This document shows, one piece after another, positions 36,915 through 43,755 of a stretch of DNA of 64,000 nt. The DNA lies in assembly GCA_964355175.1 (NCBI GenBank), contig CAYHBZ010000001.1, positions 304,523 through 368,522 of the forward strand. The letters run 5' to 3'. How positions within the stretch are numbered: the stretch's first letter is position 1; each line of letters opens with the position of its first letter. The notes beneath the pieces were generated by a model that made no database searches, was not told the origin of the DNA, and worked only from the letters and a program-made list of their open reading frames with translations. Both the position numbers and the translations under genes were made by a program. Source of the DNA: an uncultured Gammaproteobacteria bacterium. Its GTDB lineage: Bacteria > Patescibacteriota > Patescibacteriia > Magasanikbacterales > GWA2-37-8.

Positions 36915-37963
36915 TGAAATTGATTATCGGATTCGCTGAAATATACCAACTCATCAGTTATTAATTTTTGCTCCTGCAAAATCGAGCTGAACTGGACTAA
37001 TAAATTTAATTGATCTTCATCAATCAAACTAACTTTACTTTTAACTACCGACAATAATTTTTTAATAAAATCAGGGGCTTGAGTTTTTAGCCAATCGGCG
37101 ACTGCGGTGGCACTGCCCAACCATTGGGTGAGATCCGGTAATGCTTGCAAAAAATTCAAATAGGTTGCGGATTTATCAATTTCCGCTTGCGGTTCCACCT
37201 TTTCTTCGTGCAAACATTTATCTTCTGTGATATTTTTCCAAATTTTTCCACTTACCAAAGAGTCGTAAATTACCAATATATATTCCAAAGCGGCTTTCAA
37301 CGGCGCATCTAAGCTGGTAACCTCGATAAATTGTCTAGCAAATTCTTCTACTTTTGTTTCTTCATTATCGGTTTTGAATTCATCCAGCATTTTCACCCAT
37401 TGAGAGATAGATTTATTATTTTTATCATCGAGATCGCCGACAATATTTTTATTTTCAGAGATATCGTCGGCAAATTTGCCGGCATCTTCTTTGTAAATAT
37501 TTATAAAACAATATTGGGCGAAGTAATTTCTAATACTTTCGATAACTTGTATCTTGCCAGACAACACAGCCAACAACAAAAATCTGGAGCCAAGTAAAAA
37601 ATCTTGACGCAAACTTTTCTGTTGAGCAAAATTCAAAAAACCAAGCCAGGCATAATACTTTTGATAAAACCAATTTTGTTCATCATTTAAAAAATCAAAA
37701 AATATTTTTTTATTAGACCAATCTTCCAAAGACCCGAGAATTTCACTATCTGCACCATCGTAGTAATCAGATTGATAATGGTACAAAGAAAACAGCAAAT
37801 TCAGCTGCACCTGTTCACTGGCCAAGACTGATTGATCTACATCAGCCCAATCTCTGGCGGTATAATCCGAGCTATTGTTTTCTAATTTACGCAACAAAAC
37901 CTGGCGCTCCTGCTCTGAGCGCTCTGGAAAAAAATTGGAAATTAATTCTTCGTAAGAAAACAT
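36890..37963 (-). CDS. Hypothetical soluble protein (357 aa) in the T4SS-like operon
   Basis: The ORF has no TM segment and is acidic. It is the gene immediately downstream of the VirB6-like gene. Confidence 0.6.
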   Translation of the reverse strand: MFSYEELISNFFPERSEQERQVLLRKLENNSSDYTARDWADVDQSVLASEQVQLNLLFSLYHYQSDYYDGADSEILGSLEDWSNKKIFFDFLNDEQNWFYQKYYAWLGFLNFAQQKSLRQDFLLGSRFLLLAVLSGKIQVIESIRNYFAQYCFINIYKEDAGKFADDISENKNIVGDLDDKNNKSISQWVKMLDEFKTDNEETKVEEFARQFIEVTSLDAPLKAALEYILVIYDSLVSGKIWKNITEDKCLHEEKVEPQAEIDKSATYLNFLQALPDLTQWLGSATAVADWLKTQAPDFIKKLLSVVKSKVSLIDEDQLNLLVQFSSILQEQKLITDELVYFSESDNQFHWNEKIFS

Positions 37964-37992
37964 ACTACCTGTTTATTTTATTGATCAAAATT

Positions 37993-40900
37993 TTATGATG
38001 TTGGATCTTTCTTATTTTTTTCAGCAGTTCCTTTTTCTACCGGTTTAAATGCCGCCATCTGCCTCTTTGGTGCCTTGCCGTCATCAGTAAAAGCCCCTTC
38101 ATTGTATAAAGAAATCAACTGACTGATATTTGTAATATGCTCCTGCTTACCTTTTGCCATCACAGTAATATTCATTTTACCGGTCTGATAAGCTTCCTGA
38201 GCGTCTACCTGAGATTTCTTGGCCAAAGTCATCAACACATCTTGAGGGTTGGTAAACAACTGATCCTTTACCAATTCATTAAACCAATCATTGGTAGTTT
38301 GCTGGTGTAAGGCGTCTTCTTTATTCTTTATATGTCCAAGACGTTTACCTGATTTTACCTCAGAGTATCTCCCGGCCAGCCCAATACCGTCATCGGAAAA
38401 TTTCTGTGCCCAATTATGACGCCCTGAATCAGACCCATTGGCTTTTTTACCATTAATCAAGAGACCATCCTTTTCTGTAAAATAATCTTCAACGTTTTCC
38501 GTGGAAGCCAAACCGGCCATATGGTTTAGATAACGTGGAGTAGTTTTTTGATGGTTTAAATGACTGGTAATATCACCTCTGGATATACGATACGCTTTGC
38601 CTCTGGTTCTAGTAGCATAGCCTGTACCCTCATCTAAGTTAATATAGGAATGCGATTGTTTACCGGCACGATTGCCAACATCCAATTTGTTGACCTCACC
38701 CAACACACCATCTTGGGCGATTCCAGCACCCACCAATACATGCCTTTGTTTACCTCTGCTAGATTTGATATTATCGGCATGGCCACCATTTTCAGTATGA
38801 GAACCACCGGCCATCTCATCGCGTAAATTGGTAACAAATTGAATTTGAGATTGATTATCATCCTGCGTCTTGATATATTGAGCCATTTTAGACTTATCGG
38901 TAATTGTTTTTAATGGAGCACTGTCAGCACCAAACTTATCACCGAATGTTTTTAATTCACTACCGGTAAAATCTTGATTTTCCAATTTATCATAAAATTG
39001 AGCCACACTCATACCCATTTCTTGCACAGCATAATCCATCACTTTGGCTACTTGTTTATGCATACCGGCAAATTCTAAATCACCACCAGTACTCAAAACC
39101 GCAAACAAATCATTAATTTTTTCAACGTTAAACTCCTTGCCTTGCCAACCAAGCCCACCATCTGCAACATTTTTTTGCATCTCCGCTTTTAAATCAGGTG
39201 CCATCGCGCGCCAAATACCATCATCAAGCCAACTTTTAGAAACACCATGATCAAGCATAGCGGCCATAATATTTTTATCGGCAGAAGTTGGCCCAGTACC
39301 TTTACCCTCTTTCGCATCTTTTCTCTTTTGAATCATCGCCAAAAGATTGGTACCAAAGTTACTGGTATAGGTGCTATAATCCATGTCCGTAAATCTTTTA
39401 CGATAATATTCTCTACCTTCAGATAAAGCCTCGTTTGGCACAGTGATACCTCGAGGTTTGTAAACTTCTTCTTGCTCTACTTCACTCAATAAATAATTAT
39501 GATCTTTGGAATAGGCATTTTTTTCCTCAGTTTCCTTGGCATGAGCCGCTGAATTCTCCCAAGAAATACTAGAGGTTCTTTTGGCTCTAGCTTTCTGTAC
39601 AGCCTCTTTTCTAGCGTCCTTAAGTGTCTGATCATTGTTATCTATAGATGAAATTTCTTCCTGTAGGGTTTCAATACTATCTTCTTTAGCTTTTATCGTA
39701 CTCCCATTTTTTACATCAAAATCGTTAAATGCTTTTTTGGCAGCTTCTAATTCTTCCGGATTGGAAGGATCCGCCGCTCCCAAAGCTGCTTGTAGCCTAT
39801 TTTTTTCCGAAGACAATTTACCAAGCTCTTCCTGTTCCGCTTTTAGCTGAGTGCGTTTGAGGGCCGAACCTTCAGAATGCATATTGTTGGCTGATTCCAA
39901 AATTTCCTGAGCCTCAAGCTCAGCTTTTATTGCCTCTTCGTCAAAGCCATGTTTTGCTTTAGTTAAATTATTGCTGAGTTGCGTTTTGGCAGTATCAGCA
40001 CCAAGTTCGGCTCCAGCTTGCTTTCTGAGAAGGCCCTTACCGCCATGTTTTATTATTTTACCATTTTCATCTTTCTTATCTTCGGTGTCAGAAAAAGCAA
40101 CGGCGGCTTTCTTTTCCAATTCTTCAATTTCAGCATGTTCTGTGCCTTCTTCAGCTGCTATAGCTGCTTGCTTGGCGAGTAATGCTCCGGCATGTTCCAT
40201 GAAATGCAACTTAGCACCACCTTCAGCTAAATGAGCGGCTTTCTCAGACAATTCCGCTTTAAACTTCGCCTCCACCTTGGCGGCGACCACTTGTTTTCCT
40301 TTGCCACTTTTACGATATTCTTCCAATGTTCCCGACATCAGTTCCTTGGTTCGTTCTTTGTTTCTATCAGCTCTTTCATTATGACCAACAACTTGTTCAG
40401 CTATACTACCTTTTTCATATTGAAATTTACCATCTTTAAAACGAGAACTCTCCAAAGTGGCACGGCGACCATACTCTTGGAATTCAGAAGTTTTAGCGGC
40501 AGAGCGTTCTTTTTCCGCGGCCAACATACCTTGGGCAACACGATCAAAGCCATCTGGCATATCACGCAAAAATGCACCTTTAGGAATGGCCGTTATCCTT
40601 TTATCTATCAATTCTTCTTGTAGTTTGGATTGATCTTCTGTTTTCTTTAAAGTTTTACGGCTGCCAATTAATTTGGCGCGAGCTTCATAGCGATTTTTTT
40701 GAAACCAACTCCTTGAATCCTTATCTTCATATTCATATTCACCTTCGATATCTTTACCATTTTCATCTTTCTTATTAACAAATTTCATTCTGGCGTTTCC
40801 TTTATCATCTAATTTTACATTACCGTGCTCATCTTTCTCCTCCTCCATTTTTAATCTAGGACCTTCCGAACGATAAATTTTCCAGCTTTCCAACTGGCGT

Positions 40901-42189
40901 TTGGCAAAATTTTGAACTCTTTCTACCGTATCTCCCAAAGGTGTCGCATTCCAAACCGCACTCTTGATACCACTGCCAGCGGCACTCACCGCTTTACTAC
41001 CCATATCTTTGGTCTTATTAAATGCCCACATACCGGCCGCTACACCAGAGCCAACCGTAGCCACTTTCTTGGCAAAATCCGTGGCCTTGCTCATCGCACT
41101 GCCACCTACTGTACCAAGCGACTGCGCGGTCTTGGCACCAACAAGTAAAATACCAATTGCGATAGCGAAGTTGGCAATTTTATCAAAACTCATCACCGCG
41201 CTAATACCCACGGTCGCGGCCGCGCCGTTAACTTTCGCACCCGGCATATTTTCTTGCGGAGCGGAATTATTCTCTTTGCTACTAATTTCAGAATTTATCT
41301 GACCACTGCCCACTACCGCAAATGACAGCCATAGGAAAAATACTACGACCGGACCCACGATGACATGATTACCAAACTCACTCCACCATTGCGAAGCATA
41401 TTTTTCGGTTTGCGGAATCACGCTGAGCACAAAAGCAAATGGCGACAACACAATCAAAATCCACAGCACCAACATGCGAGCCAAAAGCATAAATACAAAT
41501 ACGGCCATAATGCCCAAAGTGAGAGCGGCAAAACCAAGTGCGCCCACCGCGGCACCAAAAATTTCTGAATTACTGGTGAGACCTTGCGGACCAGTTTCGG
41601 GATTGAGAGAATAAATTTTATCCAAACTAAAAGCGTTGATCAAATTACCACCGGCCGTGGCGGCGATACCGTTTACAAAAGTAATCATTACCACCTGAGA
41701 AATATCAATAATCACGCCACAAATTATTCGACTGAAATTTACCAAAATAGCGGCAAAGAAAAACTTCACCAACATTTTTTTCCATTCGTATTGTTCTAGA
41801 CCCAAGATAGTACCAAAAGCCACCAGCAACAAAACCACCACAAAAAACATATTGGTAATATCACGCACCATCACCCAGCCTACCTGCACAGCGGTGGAAT
41901 TCAGATAGCCATTATAGCCGGCAATCTCAATAATAAACGACAAACAAAAAATCGCCAGACGAATCATCAAAGCCGCAGCGGCCAAGAGCATGGTCGTGAT
42001 TGCTTTGACAAAAGTATTAGGCTCAAAACCACCGGCGGCGGCCGGCTCGGCATACACCACATTTGTACCCATCACCGCATACACACCCAGACCCAAAACC
42101 AGCAAAAATACAAAAAGGGCCACTTGGTTTTTGTGGGCAGATAAAAAGTTATAGAGTTTAATTGTTCTCGCTTTAATACTTGAGAACAT
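37993..42189 (-). CDS. VirB6/TrbL-like polytopic membrane protein with a charged C-terminal extension of about 1000 aa
   Basis: The N-terminal 350 aa or so contain at least 6 TM segments (…MVRDITNMFFVVVLLLVAFGTILG…ILVNFSRIICGVIIDISQVVMITF…), as in VirB6/TrbL/PrgH-type channel proteins. The remainder is K/E/A-rich and looks like coiled coil. It is the first gene of the operon. Confidence 0.6.
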   Translation of the reverse strand: MFSSIKARTIKLYNFLSAHKNQVALFVFLLVLGLGVYAVMGTNVVYAEPAAAGGFEPNTFVKAITTMLLAAAALMIRLAIFCLSFIIEIAGYNGYLNSTAVQVGWVMVRDITNMFFVVVLLLVAFGTILGLEQYEWKKMLVKFFFAAILVNFSRIICGVIIDISQVVMITFVNGIAATAGGNLINAFSLDKIYSLNPETGPQGLTSNSEIFGAAVGALGFAALTLGIMAVFVFMLLARMLVLWILIVLSPFAFVLSVIPQTEKYASQWWSEFGNHVIVGPVVVFFLWLSFAVVGSGQINSEISSKENNSAPQENMPGAKVNGAAATVGISAVMSFDKIANFAIAIGILLVGAKTAQSLGTVGGSAMSKATDFAKKVATVGSGVAAGMWAFNKTKDMGSKAVSAAGSGIKSAVWNATPLGDTVERVQNFAKRQLESWKIYRSEGPRLKMEEEKDEHGNVKLDDKGNARMKFVNKKDENGKDIEGEYEYEDKDSRSWFQKNRYEARAKLIGSRKTLKKTEDQSKLQEELIDKRITAIPKGAFLRDMPDGFDRVAQGMLAAEKERSAAKTSEFQEYGRRATLESSRFKDGKFQYEKGSIAEQVVGHNERADRNKERTKELMSGTLEEYRKSGKGKQVVAAKVEAKFKAELSEKAAHLAEGGAKLHFMEHAGALLAKQAAIAAEEGTEHAEIEELEKKAAVAFSDTEDKKDENGKIIKHGGKGLLRKQAGAELGADTAKTQLSNNLTKAKHGFDEEAIKAELEAQEILESANNMHSEGSALKRTQLKAEQEELGKLSSEKNRLQAALGAADPSNPEELEAAKKAFNDFDVKNGSTIKAKEDSIETLQEEISSIDNNDQTLKDARKEAVQKARAKRTSSISWENSAAHAKETEEKNAYSKDHNYLLSEVEQEEVYKPRGITVPNEALSEGREYYRKRFTDMDYSTYTSNFGTNLLAMIQKRKDAKEGKGTGPTSADKNIMAAMLDHGVSKSWLDDGIWRAMAPDLKAEMQKNVADGGLGWQGKEFNVEKINDLFAVLSTGGDLEFAGMHKQVAKVMDYAVQEMGMSVAQFYDKLENQDFTGSELKTFGDKFGADSAPLKTITDKSKMAQYIKTQDDNQSQIQFVTNLRDEMAGGSHTENGGHADNIKSSRGKQRHVLVGAGIAQDGVLGEVNKLDVGNRAGKQSHSYINLDEGTGYATRTRGKAYRISRGDITSHLNHQKTTPRYLNHMAGLASTENVEDYFTEKDGLLINGKKANGSDSGRHNWAQKFSDDGIGLAGRYSEVKSGKRLGHIKNKEDALHQQTTNDWFNELVKDQLFTNPQDVLMTLAKKSQVDAQEAYQTGKMNITVMAKGKQEHITNISQLISLYNEGAFTDDGKAPKRQMAAFKPVEKGTAEKNKKDPTS

Positions 42190-42210
42190 GAAAATAAATT
42201 TACTGTCATT

Positions 42211-42239
42211 ATTATATCATAATTCAGCTAAGCGAACAA
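42211..42239 (-). promoter_or_regulatory. Putative extended -10 promoter for the T4SS-like operon
   Basis: The minus strand reads TTGTTC (42239-42234), a 17-nt spacer whose last bases give TGA, then TATAAT (42216-42211). Confidence 0.4.
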
Positions 42240-42264
42240 ACAAAACCCTCATCTCTCCAAACAC

Positions 42265-42273
42265 TTATCCACA
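42265..42273 (+). promoter_or_regulatory. Perfect TTATCCACA box in the divergent promoter region, 21 nt upstream of TTGACA (42295-42300)
   Basis: This is an exact 9-mer in the context CACTTATCCACA, the same extended context as the box at 17475. Confidence 0.3.
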
Positions 42274-42390
42274 CATTTATTTTTAATAAAAAAATTGACA
42301 GTGCTAGACCGATTTGTTAAGGTGAATTAAATGCTCTTTACACTGTGTGTTGAGCTTTTCGCTCACACCAACCACCCCCAAGAGGACGCC

Positions 42391-42714
42391 ATGAAGCTGC
42401 TCGTCAGTCTCACTTGCTTGGCGCTCTCCTGCGCCACCGAACCTCCCCCGACGATCTCGACGACGTCGAGTCTCATCACCACCGACCCGTGCCAGGGCAA
42501 ACAGTGGCTGGAAGAACATATCCTGGACTGCGGTCCAGGCAAATTCTACTGCTACCCCAAAGTGACTCAGCCGAAAAATGCCAACTGCCGGCTGATGTGC
42601 CAGACGCACTGGTACCCTATCAGCTGGGTCGAAGGCCAGGAGGGCGACAGCTACATCCGCATTCGCGACGACTTCACCGGAGATATCCTCCTGTGCCTCG
42701 TGCGAGCAAAATGA
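42391..42714 (+). CDS. Small Cys-containing secreted protein encoded in the high-GC island
   Basis: MKLLVSLTCLALSCA is signal-like. AGAGGA lies 6 nt upstream of the ATG. Codon usage is GC3-rich, unlike the rest of the window. I recognise no family. Confidence 0.5.
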   Translation: MKLLVSLTCLALSCATEPPPTISTTSSLITTDPCQGKQWLEEHILDCGPGKFYCYPKVTQPKNANCRLMCQTHWYPISWVEGQEGDSYIRIRDDFTGDILLCLVRAK

Positions 42715-42819
42715 GGTGACTCAACGGGGTTTCCGCCAAGGGGCTGACGCTAGCCGTCGGCTCCTGGCTCCCCAACTCATTTAGATAACGGCTTTAGGGC
42801 TGTTTTTTTATTTTTGGAG

Positions 42820-42828
42820 TTATCCACA
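42820..42828 (+). promoter_or_regulatory. Perfect TTATCCACA box between the two GC-island genes
   Basis: This is an exact 9-mer inside the AT-rich spacer of the island. Confidence 0.25.
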
Positions 42829-42905
42829 GAGATATTGTATTTTTATCAAATTGTGGCATACTAAAATAGTATGGGTAATAAATTACCCTCAATCTAGCCA
42901 AATGG

Positions 42906-42934
42906 TTGACAGAAACAACCGTTTGTGCTATAAT
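42906..42934 (+). promoter_or_regulatory. Consensus sigma-70 promoter for the second GC-island gene
   Basis: TTGACA (42906-42911), a 17-nt spacer, then TATAAT (42929-42934). Confidence 0.55.
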
Positions 42935-43018
42935 AAGCAATCGTTCTTTACAAGTGCTAATTTTGCCTATTTGGGCGAAATTGGCCAATATAACGAGAGA
43001 AGGAAATAAAAATGGGAA

Positions 43019-43072
43019 GAGATTGTGGTGGAATGTTTGTTTGCTAAGGCAAGCACACAGTCCACCACAATC
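43019..43072 (+). other. Perfect 13-bp hairpin in the 5' leader of the second island gene
   Basis: agattgtggtgga (43019-43031) pairs with tccaccacaatct (43060-43072). The left arm lies inside an 11-codon mini-ORF (ATG at 43009, MGRDCGGMFVC, stop 43042-43044) that is preceded by gaaggaaa. Confidence 0.5.
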
Positions 43073-43146
43073 TCGGACGCATGTTGCTCCAAGATAGTGT
43101 GGTCGGTTCTCACGAACCGCTAGCCTCTCTGTCTCAGGAGAACACC

Positions 43147-43554
43147 ATGCGCTACGCGCTCCTGGCCATCACGGCCGTTCTGTTCGTCGCCTGTGCGTCC
43201 GAAGCCGGAAATTCCGGCCCGGGCAACAGCTCCAACCAATGGCAGCCGACTGCCGACGCCGGGTCGCACAACGACTCCAGCGCCAAGCAGGCCGACAGCA
43301 GCTCGCAGCCGCAACCGGACCAGCAGGTCGTCGAAGTGAACGCCTGCGTGGACCTCAGCGTCAACGACGGCATCTACGACTGCCAGGACGGCAATCCGCA
43401 GACGACCATCGTGGCCAATCCGGAAACGTGCGAGTACCAGGCTGAAATGTGGTACTCTACGCCGGACAAGACCCAGGTCCTGGACGGCGCCAAGCGCGTC
43501 ATCGCCAAGGTCGGCAAGTACACGGTTGACTGCGTGCGCAAAGAGACGAAGTAA
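43147..43554 (+). CDS. Small lipoprotein-like secreted protein encoded in the high-GC island
   Basis: MRYALLAITAVLFVAC has a lipobox-like FVAC. AGGAG lies 8 nt upstream of the ATG. The mature part is S/Q/D-rich and then contains Cys. Codons are GC3-rich. Confidence 0.6.
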   Translation: MRYALLAITAVLFVACASEAGNSGPGNSSNQWQPTADAGSHNDSSAKQADSSSQPQPDQQVVEVNACVDLSVNDGIYDCQDGNPQTTIVANPETCEYQAEMWYSTPDKTQVLDGAKRVIAKVGKYTVDCVRKETK

Positions 43555-43703
43555 TGCAGAACTTCGTCGCCGGCAAACGCCGGTCCTTCCGCGAGCCCCC
43601 AGCTCGCCCTCCTCCTCTCGTGTCCGCTTCTGCATCGGCGCCATTCCCCATGGCGCCGCGGACACTTCCTTAGGATATTATTTTGTTAGTGTTTTGAGGA
43701 AAT

Positions 43704-43735
43704 AAAAAAATCTCGGTTTATGACCGAGATTTTTT
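43704..43735. terminator. Bidirectional intrinsic terminator
   Basis: An A-run precedes tctcggt (43711-43717), which pairs with accgaga (43723-43729), and a T-run follows. It sits between the island gene and the convergent 2649-aa gene. Confidence 0.6.
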
Positions 43736-43755
43736 GTTATTTTTAAATTATATAA

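Noticed and set aside
12089-42828. Replication origin (oriC) inferred from the DnaA boxes
   Set aside because: The four perfect boxes are separated by kilobases rather than clustered. No AT-rich unwinding element with adjacent box clusters is evident, and no dnaA or dnaN gene is in the window.
42304-43665. Several ORF-track ORFs inside the GC island: 42304..42609(-), 42414..42719(+), 43120..43665(-), 43152..43373(-), 43239..43445(+), and the long N-terminal extensions at 42331 and 43081
   Set aside because: They overlap each other in several frames and are Arg/Gly/Ala-rich with no start context. This is the usual stop-codon depletion artefact in high-GC DNA. Only the frames with a signal peptide and a Shine-Dalgarno site (42391..42714 and 43147..43554) look real.
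30429-43755. Integrated conjugative element or prophage
   Set aside because: No integrase, transposase, relaxase, VirD4 or phage structural gene is recognisable. No flanking direct repeats or tRNA-adjacent att-like sites were seen around the locus.
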